64,000 nt of DNA. It comes from an uncultured bacterium (lineage in GTDB: Bacteria; Oederibacteriota; Oederibacteriia; Oederibacteriales; Oederibacteriaceae). Each line of letters opens with the position of its first letter. Positions within the stretch are counted from its first letter, which is position 1. The notes beneath the pieces were generated by a model, which was not told where the DNA came from, did no database searches, and saw only the letters and a list, made by a program, of their open reading frames with translations. Location: positions 2,272,001 to 2,336,000 of the forward strand of contig OZ218778.1 of the NCBI GenBank assembly GCA_965112635.1. Reading direction: 5' to 3'. Below are positions 7,943-18,336 of this stretch, piece after piece. Made by a program: the position numbers and the translations under genes.

Positions 7943-8998
7943 TCAATCCTTCAGTTTTAAATAAGCGTAGCGCAACAAAGACTCCGTGGTTTCCCAGCTA
8001 ATGCAGGCATCCGTGATGCTGACCCCGTATTTCAACTTACTAGGCGTATTGGCCACAGCCTGCTTGCCCTCGTGGATATTACTTTCCAGCATCAGGCCCT
8101 TGAGGCAGGAAGCGCCTTGCAGGATATTGCCGATGGACTGCCTGAATACCCCGGCCTGGTTCTTGAAATCCTTGCTGGAATTGTCATGGCTGCAATCCAC
8201 TATAATGGCCCGCAACAGATGGTGCTGGGCCAGGCTGTGGTCGACCCGGACCAGGGTCTTGAGGTCAAAATTGGTCTTTCCTCCCCCGCCCCGCAGGACA
8301 ATATGGGCAAAAGGGTTGCCTTTGGTGCGGACCACCGCGCTCTGGCCATTCTGGTCAATGCCCAGGAAATGGTGCTTGTGCGTGGCGGACTGCATGGCGT
8401 TGATGGCTGCCTGGATGCTGCCGTCCGTGCTGTTCTTGAAACCGACCGGCATGGAAAGGCCGGAGGCCATTTCCCGGTGTGTCTGCGATTCTATAGTCCT
8501 GGCGCCGATGGAAGCCCAGGAGACCAGGTCAGAAAGGTACTGCGGGATGATGGGGTCGAGGGCCTCGGAAGCGCAAGCAAGTCCCATCTCGTTGATGGCC
8601 AGGAGGATGCGGCGAGCCGTGAATACGCCGGATTTGATGTCAAAAGAACCGTTGAGCCGGGGGTCGTTGATCAAGCCTTTCCACCCTATGGTGGTCCTGG
8701 GCTTCTCAAAATAGGTGCGCAGGACCACGAAAATACTGTCCTGGATGCCCTCTGACAGGTTTTTTAAGTGCCGGGCATAGTCCAGGATGGCTTTGGGGTC
8801 GTGGATGGAACAGGGCCCCACAATAACCATGAGCCGGTCGTCTTTTCCCGCCAGGATGGACTTGATGGTTTCCCTGCCCAAAACAACGGTCTCCAGAGCT
8901 CTGGCTGAGGCTGGGTATCTTTTTTTTACTTCGCGGGGCGAAACCAGGACATCCAGGCCGGATACATTGACGTCGTTTATCTTTAGTTTTAAAGCCAC
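7943..8998 (-). CDS. aroG: 3-deoxy-7-phosphoheptulonate synthase, class I-alpha
   Basis: GPCSIHD, YFEKPRTTIGWKG, IGART, DCSH.NS, SITDAC; the aroF/G/H subtype cannot be resolved. Confidence 0.93.
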   Translation of the reverse strand: MALKLKINDVNVSGLDVLVSPREVKKRYPASARALETVVLGRETIKSILAGKDDRLMVIVGPCSIHDPKAILDYARHLKNLSEGIQDSIFVVLRTYFEKPRTTIGWKGLINDPRLNGSFDIKSGVFTARRILLAINEMGLACASEALDPIIPQYLSDLVSWASIGARTIESQTHREMASGLSMPVGFKNSTDGSIQAAINAMQSATHKHHFLGIDQNGQSAVVRTKGNPFAHIVLRGGGGKTNFDLKTLVRVDHSLAQHHLLRAIIVDCSHDNSSKDFKNQAGVFRQSIGNILQGASCLKGLMLESNIHEGKQAVANTPSKLKYGVSITDACISWETTESLLRYAYLKLKD

Positions 8999-9022
8999 TG
9001 AACACCTCGGTTGAATGTAGAT

Positions 9023-10327
9023 CTACCTGGCGACGACCTTGTCCAGGAGTTCAAAAAAATTGGGGAACGAAGTATTGATGCATTCCACATTATTGACCAC
9101 CATTTTGTCCTCGGCCAACAAGCCGGCTATGGAAAGGGCCATGGCCATCCTGTGGTCGCCGTAGCTTTCCACGGTACCTCCCTGGAGCTGGGGCTGTCCG
9201 TGGATGATCAAACCGTCCGGCAGGACCCCGACGCGCACCCCTATCTTGCGCAGTTCCGTGGAAAGGGCCTTGATACGGTCGGTCTCCTTGACCCGCAGTT
9301 CCTCCGCGTCGCGGATGATGGTGATGCCGTCAGCCAGGCTCGCGGCCACCGCGATGATGGGTATTTCGTCGATAAGTCTGGGGATGATATCTCCACCTAT
9401 TTTTGTGCCTTTGAGCTTGGAGGCCTTGATGGTCACATCCGCTACGGGCTCGCCGCACTCTTCGTGCCGGTTCTTCATGCTGATGTCAGCGCCCATCCAC
9501 CTCAATACATCAAAAAGACCTGTCCGGGTAGGGTTGACCCCCAGCCCCTCGATGGTGAGCTCGGAACGCTTGAGCAGCGCTGCCGCGACCATAAAGAACG
9601 CCGCCGAAGAAATGTCTCCCGGCACCGCGATCTTCCTGCCCAGGAGCTTGGGCTGGCCGGTCACGGTCACGGACAAACCCTCTCTGGTCACTTCGGCCCC
9701 AAAAGCCTCCAGCATCCTCTCGGTATGGTCCCGCGACGCCATGGGCTCGGTCACCTTGGTCCTGCCTTCCGCGTAAAGGCCAGCCAGCAGGATGGAAGAT
9801 TTGACCTGAGCGCTGGCTATGGAAAGGTTATAGTCGATGGGCCTCAATCTCGCGCCCTGGACAGTCAATGGCGCGTATTCTCCGTCGTTGTCGCCCCTGA
9901 TGTTCGCACCCATCTCCCGCAAGGGCGCGACCACGCGCATCATCGGACGCTTGTTAAGGGACTCGTCGCCGCTGATGGCGGTGGTGATGTTCAGTCCGGA
10001 AAGGATGCCCAGCATCAGCCGCATGGTCGTGCCGGAGTTCCCCGCGTAAAGGTCGTGCTGGGGCTGGGTCAGGCCGTGAAGACCCTTGCCCTGGATGAGC
10101 ATCTCCCCTTTTTCGCTGTCCGTGATCTCCACCCCCAGGTCCTTGAATATCTGGACGGTCCGCAGGCAATCTTCCCCGTTCAAAAAACCGGTCACCGCGG
10201 TCTGTCCTTCGCTGATGCCGCCAAAAATGACGGCGCGGTGCGAGATGGACTTGTCGCCGGGCACCCTGATGCTGCCCGACACTTTTTTGGCCGGCGCGAT
10301 CTCTACCGTATTATTCTCTGCGCTCAC
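9023..10327 (-). CDS. aroA: 3-phosphoshikimate 1-carboxyvinyltransferase
   Basis: PGDKSISHR, SAQVKS, RVKETDR, DHRMAM; likely GTG start at 10327 (GTGA overlap with the tyrA stop, AGGAG SD). Confidence 0.96.
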   Translation of the reverse strand: MSAENNTVEIAPAKKVSGSIRVPGDKSISHRAVIFGGISEGQTAVTGFLNGEDCLRTVQIFKDLGVEITDSEKGEMLIQGKGLHGLTQPQHDLYAGNSGTTMRLMLGILSGLNITTAISGDESLNKRPMMRVVAPLREMGANIRGDNDGEYAPLTVQGARLRPIDYNLSIASAQVKSSILLAGLYAEGRTKVTEPMASRDHTERMLEAFGAEVTREGLSVTVTGQPKLLGRKIAVPGDISSAAFFMVAAALLKRSELTIEGLGVNPTRTGLFDVLRWMGADISMKNRHEECGEPVADVTIKASKLKGTKIGGDIIPRLIDEIPIIAVAASLADGITIIRDAEELRVKETDRIKALSTELRKIGVRVGVLPDGLIIHGQPQLQGGTVESYGDHRMAMALSIAGLLAEDKMVVNNVECINTSFPNFFELLDKVVAR

Positions 10328-11195
10328 AGGCTTCTCCTGAATTGGCTCGTTTTCTTGAACTCCCGGACAATAGCCGGGCCGTTGCCTGACTTTAATAACG
10401 CTTTCCATTTTTTCAGGTCAGCCTCAAAAATACCCAAAGCAGACAGAAGGGCCTCCCTGTTGGTCAGCAGGATATCCCTCCACATGGCCGGGTCGCTGGC
10501 GGCGACTCTGGTAGTATCCCGAAAACCCGTTGAGACCAGTTTTAATATCTGTCCATCGCCGGCCTTTTTCCGGCGTAAAATTTCCGCCAGGATAGATGCC
10601 GCCAGATGGGGCAAGTGGCTGGTCAGAGCGATGCGCCGGTCATGATCAGCGGCCGGCATGATAAGGGTGCGGCAGCCTGCCTTCTCCCACATCCGCCGGA
10701 CCCTGGAAACGGCAAGCGGGTTGGAACCGGGACCAGGCGTGACAACGCAGAGGCTGTCCTTAAAAAGGTCAACCTGAGAATTCCGGATGCCCGCCTTTTC
10801 CGAACCGGCCATGGGATGCGCTCCCACAAAAAACAGTTTTTGGGGACAAGGCGCTGCGCTTTACCGGCCATTATTTTTTTGGTGCTGCCGCAGTCTGTCA
10901 CGATAGTGCCGGGTTTAAGGTAAGGAGCTATCCTGGCGATGATCTTCAAGGAATCAAGGATAGGCGCGCTGACGACCACCACGGAAGCGTCCTTGACAGC
11001 GCTCAAGTCGGTGGTGGCCTGGTGGCAGGCTTTTAAAGCCAGGGCGATACGAAGTTTTTTGGGATTGCGGCCGATAACCATGACCTTTTTAGCCCAATGT
11101 TCTTTCACCAATACCCGGCCCAAAGAGCCTCCGATCAAACCCGCTCCAATGATAGCCACAACTGGTTTTTGCATGTTCCCGCCTTTTTTCTTCAC
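10324..11195 (-). pseudogene. tyrA: prephenate dehydrogenase split by a -1 frameshift at about 10828-10833 (pseudogene, recoded gene or sequencing error)
   Basis: N-terminal half (GAGLIGGS, TDCGSTK) in ORF 10623..11195; C-terminal half (GAHPMAGSE, SHLPH, GFRDTTR) in ORF 10324..10827. Confidence 0.85.
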
Positions 11196-11211
11196 GGCTT
11201 TCGCATTCTCC

Positions 11212-12297
11212 CTATAAAACAGCCCGTAAACTATCCAGCAGTTTTTTATCTTGGCCCGCAGTGCCTATGGTCACCCGGATGTGCCTGGCGCTGACAGGCC
11301 TGACGATAACCCCGTTTTTCATCAGTTTTTCAAACACAATCTTACTAGAAATCGGCAATTCCACAAAAATAAAGTTCGCGTAAGTCCGGGTAAAAGTTAA
11401 CCCCATTTTAGCAAAACCTTCCGACAAAAACCTCTTGCCCTGGTCGTTTGTCCTTAAAACTTTTTTTTGGTAACTGGCATCGGTCAAAGCCGCTCTGGCC
11501 GCGCACTGGGCCAGATGATCCACATTAAAAGGCTGTCTGACTTTTTCCAGGTATCCAATGATCTCTTGGGGGGCGATGCCATAGCCTACCCTAAGACCCG
11601 CCAGGCCGTAATATTTGGAAAATGTTTTGAGGACAATGATCGGCACCGGGCCCGGAATATAATGAAGTCCGGAGTAAAAATCTTTAGGAGGCGCATATTC
11701 CCCATAAGCTTCGTCGAACACCATGAGGCATTGCGGGTTTTTGCGTTTAACGGACGCGACAATAAAGTCCAGCTCTCCCCTGCTTAACAAGGTGCCGGTG
11801 GGATTGTTGGGGTTGCACAGGATAAGGAGCTTGGTCTTTTTGGTGACCAGGCCTGCTAACCTCTCAGGGTCATGGCGGTGCTGCCTGGCCGGAGCGGCCT
11901 TTGCTTTGGCCCCCATCAGGCCGGCCATGGTGGTATAGACCACGAAACTCTCAGCTGAGAAAACGACTTCGTCTCCGGGGTCCAGAAAAGCCAGGGCCAG
12001 CAGGATGAGCAGCTCGTTGGAACCGTTCCCGAACACTAAACATTCCGGGCGTACCTTCCATTTTTTCGACAAAGCCTGGCGCAAGTCCGGGCAATCGCCC
12101 TCAGGATAATAATGGATGTTCTTGAGGTTCTCTTTTATGGCCCGGAGCGCCTTGGGGGAAGGTCCTAAAGGGTTCTCATTGGAAGCCAGCTTGATGACAT
12201 CCCGCAGGCCGTACTTCTTTTTTACCTTTTGAATGGGCATGCCCGGCACATAAATTTCCAGGGAAGCGAGCGCGGGCCTTGCCAACCTAGGGTTCAA
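11212..12297 (-). CDS. hisC: histidinol-phosphate aminotransferase
   Basis: KLASNENP, NPNNPTG, DEAY, KTFSK..GLAGLRVG. Confidence 0.95.
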   Translation of the reverse strand: MNPRLARPALASLEIYVPGMPIQKVKKKYGLRDVIKLASNENPLGPSPKALRAIKENLKNIHYYPEGDCPDLRQALSKKWKVRPECLVFGNGSNELLILLALAFLDPGDEVVFSAESFVVYTTMAGLMGAKAKAAPARQHRHDPERLAGLVTKKTKLLILCNPNNPTGTLLSRGELDFIVASVKRKNPQCLMVFDEAYGEYAPPKDFYSGLHYIPGPVPIIVLKTFSKYYGLAGLRVGYGIAPQEIIGYLEKVRQPFNVDHLAQCAARAALTDASYQKKVLRTNDQGKRFLSEGFAKMGLTFTRTYANFIFVELPISSKIVFEKLMKNGVIVRPVSARHIRVTIGTAGQDKKLLDSLRAVL

Positions 12298-12328
12298 GGG
12301 TGTTTTTCCTTTTTAAGAATGGCTGAGT

Positions 12329-13405
12329 TTACAAGTTCGCCTGGGGATAAGAACCGAGGATCTTCAGGAACAGGCATTTCCGCTCCAGCTCCTTGATCGC
12401 TTTGGCTATTTTTTTGTCCTGCCTGTGGCCCAACATGTCGATGAAAAAATAATAGTCCCAGGCCTTTTTCTTGGACGGCCTGGACTCAATGCTGGTCAGG
12501 TTGATGGTGTTCTTGCGAAAGGGCAAAAGCATGTCATACAGGGCTCCGACCTTGTCCTTGATGGAGAACATGATGGAGGTCTTGTCGCACCCGGCCGGCT
12601 CGCTGTCGTTGCAGCTGATGACGAAGAACCGCGTGACGTTGCTGGACGAATCCTCGATGTTCTTGGCCAGGACGCTCAGGCCCCACTTCCTGGCGGCCAA
12701 CTCAGGGCAGATCGCGGCGCTCTGGGGGTCATGGGCCGCGAGCTCGGCGGCCTTGGCATTATTGGAAACCTCGATGAGCTCGGCGCCGCGCATGTTCTCC
12801 TCCAGCCACTCCCGGCACTGGCCAAAGGACTGGGGGTGCGAATAGATCTTTTTAATTTTGCCTATGTTCCCGCTTTTGGCGGCCAGAAAATGATGCACTT
12901 CGAGCAGGATCTCCGCGCAGATCATCAAAGAGGAATCCATGAACATGTCCAAAGTATGGTTGACGACGCCTTCGGTCGTGTTCTCGATGGGGACCACGCC
13001 GCAGGTGACCCTGCCCTTTTCCACTTCGGCAAAAACCTCGGCAATGGTCATGCAGGCATGGTAGTGGGTGGAATGGCCGAACCGCCGGATGGCTGCCTGA
13101 TGGGTAAAAGAAGTTTCCGGTCCGAAATAAGCCACGGAAAAAGGGCTCTGGAGGCTGCGGGCCGCCGACATGATCTCGGCGTAAATGGAGGTCAAGGAAT
13201 CGTTCTTGACGGGCCCGCGGTTGGAACCGGTCAGCCTTTTGATGACCTGTTTTTCACGGGGATCGGAAAAAATAGGGGTATGGTTCAGGCTTTTCAATCT
13301 TCCGATGCTGAGGGAAGCCGTGACGCGGTCGTTCAGGAGCCCCAGGATACGGTCGTCGATCTCATTGATCTTTTTGCGCCAAAATTGAAGGTTTTTGTCG
13401 GTCAT
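12329..13405 (-). CDS. pheA: chorismate mutase / prephenate dehydratase
   Basis: N-terminal CM_2 domain; PIEN, N.TRF, IESRP, ACT domain. Confidence 0.96.
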   Translation of the reverse strand: MTDKNLQFWRKKINEIDDRILGLLNDRVTASLSIGRLKSLNHTPIFSDPREKQVIKRLTGSNRGPVKNDSLTSIYAEIMSAARSLQSPFSVAYFGPETSFTHQAAIRRFGHSTHYHACMTIAEVFAEVEKGRVTCGVVPIENTTEGVVNHTLDMFMDSSLMICAEILLEVHHFLAAKSGNIGKIKKIYSHPQSFGQCREWLEENMRGAELIEVSNNAKAAELAAHDPQSAAICPELAARKWGLSVLAKNIEDSSSNVTRFFVISCNDSEPAGCDKTSIMFSIKDKVGALYDMLLPFRKNTINLTSIESRPSKKKAWDYYFFIDMLGHRQDKKIAKAIKELERKCLFLKILGSYPQANL

Positions 13406-14616
13406 TTATCCCGCTTTCTTTTGGCCAGGTCTGGGGCGACTTGGTCCAAAATAATATCAGCAACCTGGTCTTTGGGGAGGACAGGATAGCTTTTGGCCTG
13501 TCCGTCCTTTTTGATGATGGTCACCTTATTATAATCGCTTCCAAACCCCGTTTCCATCGAATCTATGGGATTGGCCACGATAAAGTCCAGTTTTTTGTTT
13601 TTTATTTTGGCCTTGGCGTTTTTGACCAGGTCCGCTTCGTTCTCGGCCGTGAACCCCACTAATAAATTGGACCTGTTGGTCTTGCCTAATTCCGCGAGAA
13701 TATCCTCGTTTTGCACCAGCTTGAGATCGACAGTAAGGGCTAATTTTTTGAATTTTGTTTTTAATTTTTCCTGGGGCCTGTAATCCATCACAGCGGCGGA
13801 CATGATGATGACCTTATGATTTTCCCTGTTCTTAAAGACCTGGGTTTTCATTTCCGCGGCGCTCTGAACAGGGATAAATTTGACCCCTGCGGGCGCTTCC
13901 AGATTGGTCGGCCCGCTGATCAGGGTGACCTTGGCCCCCCTCTGCTGAGCGGCCCTGGCCAGGGCATACCCCATTTTGCCCGACGAACGGTTGGTAAAAT
14001 ACCTTATCGGGTCCCAGGCTTCCACAGTGGGGCCCGCCGTGACCAGCACCGAAAAATTATTCAGGTCTTTTTTTTTACTGAAGAATTTTAAGACCGCGTC
14101 CACGATCTCGGCGGGCTCCAAGAACCGGCCTTCACCTGATTCGCCGCTGGCCAAAGGCCCGGAATGGGGCCCTAAAAAAGAGCAGCCGCGGGACTTGAGC
14201 AAAGCGATATTCTGCTGGGTCACGGCGTTCTGGTACATCCTGGTATTCATGGCCGGGACCATAAAGATCGGCGCCAAGGTGTCCAGCGCGACGAGGGAAA
14301 CTGGATCATCAGCCAAGCCGTGGGTTATTTTGGCAATGATATTCGCGGTCGCCGGCGCTATCAAATAAAGGTCCGCGTTGATCGCAAAAGAGATGTGGTC
14401 CATTTTCCAGGCATCCGGACCATCCACGACCTGATGGTAGACGGGCCTTTGGGACAAGGCGGCCAAGGTCAGCGGCGTGATAAAGGCTTCCGCGGACCTG
14501 GTCATGGCCACCATCACCTCGGCCTTGTGCTTTCGCAAACTTCTGACCACATCAACAGCCTTATAAGCGGCGATACTGCCGGTAATGCCGACGATGATGC
14601 GTTTCCCCTCTAACAT
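13402..14616 (-). CDS. coaBC: phosphopantothenoylcysteine decarboxylase/ligase
   Basis: TGSIAAYK, PATAN, PAMN, TAGPT.E..D.IR...NRSSGKMG. Confidence 0.96.
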   Translation of the reverse strand: MLEGKRIIVGITGSIAAYKAVDVVRSLRKHKAEVMVAMTRSAEAFITPLTLAALSQRPVYHQVVDGPDAWKMDHISFAINADLYLIAPATANIIAKITHGLADDPVSLVALDTLAPIFMVPAMNTRMYQNAVTQQNIALLKSRGCSFLGPHSGPLASGESGEGRFLEPAEIVDAVLKFFSKKKDLNNFSVLVTAGPTVEAWDPIRYFTNRSSGKMGYALARAAQQRGAKVTLISGPTNLEAPAGVKFIPVQSAAEMKTQVFKNRENHKVIIMSAAVMDYRPQEKLKTKFKKLALTVDLKLVQNEDILAELGKTNRSNLLVGFTAENEADLVKNAKAKIKNKKLDFIVANPIDSMETGFGSDYNKVTIIKKDGQAKSYPVLPKDQVADIILDQVAPDLAKRKRDK

Positions 14617-14633
14617 GGCTTCTCCTGGAGTGG

Positions 14634-15353
14634 CTACAAAATTTCCCTGGCTTGGTTATCCCAGATGGTGCCAGGGTATTCCTTGCTTACTTGTTCCAAT
14701 GTTTGTTTGGCTTTAGCTTTTTCCCCGCTGTTCAACAGGCAAAGGCCTTCGTGGTATAAAGCCTCGGCTTTCCACAACTTTGCCCCGCCTTCAAAATTCC
14801 TGGTTTGTTCCAGGATATCTATAGCCTTGCGATAGTCTTTTTTTTGCTCGTAGCAATAAGCGGTCCCCAGCAAGGCCTGGTATTTATATTTTCCTTTGGG
14901 ATATTTGTTCAGATAGGACTGGAAGGAATCCAAGGCCTCGTCGTATTTTTTTAATTCAAAAGAGCAAAGCGCAAGATTGAAAACAGCGTCGCCTGCCGCT
15001 GGGCTGCTGGGGTACAGGTTGAGGATCTGCTGGAACGTCTCCGTGGCTTTTTTGTATTTTTCTTCCTTGGAATGGAAGTACTGGTTGCCAGCGAAGTTGA
15101 ATTTGCTGTCCGTTTTTATGACGGGCTGGCGGGTGTAGGCGCCTCCCAGGGTCAAAAGATCCTGGGCTTTTTCAAAATTGGAAGCCCGCTTTTGAAAATA
15201 GAGCGGCACCAGGATGACTAGGGCGGCGACGACACCCAGGGCGATCAGGGAATTTTCCCTATGGGTCCTCACGTATTCCACGGCCTGGCGTAAGGAGTCC
15301 AATTCCGCGTTTTTTGCTTTAGCCTTATTTTTTTGCTCCAATATAATTTTCAT
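14634..15353 (-). CDS. membrane-anchored TPR protein (YfgM/CpoB-like)
   Basis: single TM followed by TPR repeats with YP motifs. Confidence 0.8.
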   Translation of the reverse strand: MKIILEQKNKAKAKNAELDSLRQAVEYVRTHRENSLIALGVVAALVILVPLYFQKRASNFEKAQDLLTLGGAYTRQPVIKTDSKFNFAGNQYFHSKEEKYKKATETFQQILNLYPSSPAAGDAVFNLALCSFELKKYDEALDSFQSYLNKYPKGKYKYQALLGTAYCYEQKKDYRKAIDILEQTRNFEGGAKLWKAEALYHEGLCLLNSGEKAKAKQTLEQVSKEYPGTIWDNQAREIL

Positions 15354-15426
15354 CTTTTACCTTTCTGTTCAAAATTTCTCGAATATTATAACAAATACGC
15401 AATACCTGCGGCGCTTTTAGTTGATT

Positions 15427-15500
15427 TGCCCCCGGGGTGAGTCGAACACCCGGCACGCGGTTTAGGAAACCGCTGCTCTATCCATCTGAGCTACGGGGGC
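15427..15500 (-). tRNA. tRNA-Arg(CCT), CCA not encoded
   Basis: GCCCCCG acceptor stem; anticodon arm GCGGT-TTCCTAA-ACCGC; T-loop TTCGACT. Confidence 0.96.
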
Positions 15501-15511
15501 CCAATGACAAC

Positions 15512-15543
15512 AAACCTCCGCACAGCGGACTGCGCGGAGGTTT
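15512..15543 (-). terminator. hairpin between apt and tRNA-Arg (terminator or pre-tRNA leader structure)
   Basis: AAACCTCCGC...GCGGAGGTTT inverted repeat; only a weak U tract. Confidence 0.45.
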
Positions 15544-15567
15544 CTATTCTAACATCAAAATTTCGAT

Positions 15568-16098
15568 TTAATATTCCACAACCGAAAAGACTTTATGGGG
15601 GACTAATTTCTTCCTGCCGCCCAAAGCTTTGAGCTCAATAATGAAAACGACCTCCATAACCTTCCCCCCCAGTTTTTCCACGAGGTCAATCGCTGCTCTT
15701 ATAGTCCCGCCTGTGGCTAAAAGGTCGTCAATAATGATTACCTTTTCCCCATTTTTCACGGCGTCCGTATGGATCTCTAAAGACGCTTTTCCATATTCAA
15801 GACTGAATGCTTCACGGATGGTCTTATAAGGTAATTTGCCAGGCTTGCGTAAAGGAATAAATCCGACCCCCAGCTCATAGGCTAGGGCGGCCCCAAAAAT
15901 GAACCCTCTCGATTCAACGCAGGCGACGGATTCGACCCCCATGTTCTTGTATCTTTGAGCTAAAAAAGAGATCAAGTCTTTGAAAAGAGGGCCGTTCTTA
16001 AGCATAGGGGTAATGTCCCTGAAAAGAATGCCCTTTTTGGGGAAGTCAGGTATTTCCCTGATGTTTTTCTTTATGACCTTCAAATTCATTTTTACCAT
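15568..16098 (-). CDS. apt: adenine phosphoribosyltransferase
   Basis: PDFPKKGILFRDIT, ESRGF, IDDLLATGGT. Confidence 0.97.
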   Translation of the reverse strand: MVKMNLKVIKKNIREIPDFPKKGILFRDITPMLKNGPLFKDLISFLAQRYKNMGVESVACVESRGFIFGAALAYELGVGFIPLRKPGKLPYKTIREAFSLEYGKASLEIHTDAVKNGEKVIIIDDLLATGGTIRAAIDLVEKLGGKVMEVVFIIELKALGGRKKLVPHKVFSVVEY

Positions 16099-16106
16099 AT
16101 TCCCTC

Positions 16107-17189
<1,083 letters not shown>

Positions 17190-17277
17190 TGGGGGTCACC
17201 ATCTTAAAAAATTTAGATCATTTCAAGCAACAACATAGATCAACACGATCTTCTTGTGTCGACATTTTAACGTTCGC

Positions 17278-17982
17278 TTATAAACCAAAAACTAAATACT
17301 CGCTATAGGTCAGTCCAAAAACAAGGTGGTTATGTAACAAATCCGCCTCGCTATTAATATCATTGAATTGGTTGATTCTTGTCAAGAACATATCAAATTT
17401 ATAGCGTTGAGAAAGCAAAAACCTGATTCCAGCATTAATGTTCCTGCTGTCATCCTCACCTAAAAGCATCAAGCCAGGATAAAGGACCAGTCCCGTTGAC
17501 CCGAAAAAACCGTCATATTTCTCTTTGCCATAACCAAAGTTTGAGAAAGAACCAAACAACAACTTTTCCCATGCTAGGCCCATGACCAGGTACGGGGATG
17601 CAGGTGCTGAAAAAGGCGTTTCAGAGCCGACACAAACACCGAAATACTTATTTCTGAAAAGTTGCAATTTGGAATTAATCTGTCCGGAAGTAAAGATATC
17701 CTGCCAATCTTGATCTATGGTTAACTGGCTTTTAAAACCTATCTCAACCAAGGAAAATAAGCCATAGTTAACCTTAATGTCAAACTTATGAATCCCTACG
17801 CTGAGAAAGTTATTTGAAAGAATATTCATATCCGGGGTAAAGATACAGCCTGTTGACCCGTTGATGGATAGAGCATCTTGAAAAAAAGAAAAGTCTTCGT
17901 TCTTTTCATAACCTAACAAGGTATTTCCAAAAAGGATGAACAATAAAACAACACAAAGAAAACAGTTCCCTATTTGAATCAT
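17278..17982 (-). CDS. hypothetical exported protein, probable outer-membrane beta-barrel (YjbH-like)
   Basis: signal peptide after ATG 17982; GSTG.I.TP motif; aromatic/Gly alternating strands. The ORF-track start falls inside the tRNA and is spurious. Confidence 0.65.
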   Translation of the reverse strand: MIQIGNCFLCVVLLFILFGNTLLGYEKNEDFSFFQDALSINGSTGCIFTPDMNILSNNFLSVGIHKFDIKVNYGLFSLVEIGFKSQLTIDQDWQDIFTSGQINSKLQLFRNKYFGVCVGSETPFSAPASPYLVMGLAWEKLLFGSFSNFGYGKEKYDGFFGSTGLVLYPGLMLLGEDDSRNINAGIRFLLSQRYKFDMFLTRINQFNDINSEADLLHNHLVFGLTYSEYLVFGL

Positions 17983-17986
17983 GCTA

Positions 17987-18062
17987 TGGTCGGGGCGACC
18001 CGATTTGAACGGGCGACCCCTTGCTCCCGAAGCAAGTGCGCTAGCCACTGCGCTACGCCCCG
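17987..18062 (-). tRNA. tRNA-Pro(CGG)
   Basis: CGGGGCG acceptor; CTTGC-TTCGGGA-GCAAG anticodon arm; ends in ACCA. Confidence 0.97.
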
Positions 18063-18142
18063 ACCCTTTCCTTGCTTTGTTTGATTTTCATGAAAGGGTT
18101 GCCCTGCCTTGACAAAATAGATTAGGTTAATATTAATAAAAT

Positions 18143-18217
18143 TGGTCGGGGCGACCCGAATTGAACGGGCGACCCCTCGCACCCCAAGCGAGTGCGCTAC
18201 CACTGCGCCACGCCCCG
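18143..18217 (-). tRNA. tRNA-Pro(GGG)
   Basis: CGGGGCG acceptor; CTCGC-TTGGGGT-GCGAG anticodon arm; ends in ACCA. Confidence 0.97.
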
Positions 18218-18336
18218 ATCGATTGAAAACATTTTGAATTTAACATACGAGATTTATTTAAACAATAATAATTTGGCATTTATCCAAGGTAATAGCAACA
18301 TGTTTTAGGGAATATATCGCTATGTGCCGTGGCCTT

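Noticed and set aside
9011-10645. 544-aa + strand ORF antisense to aroA/tyrA
   Set aside because: Shadow ORF expected from GC-rich codon usage; no motifs or SD, and fully overlaps a conserved gene.
12425-13489. 354-aa antisense ORF over pheA (and similar ORFs over aroG, wecB, glyA, purD)
   Set aside because: Same antisense-frame artefact.
17979-18203. 74-aa ORF with an internal repeat, and the N-terminal extension of ORF 17278..18048
   Set aside because: Both are translations of the two tRNA-Pro genes.
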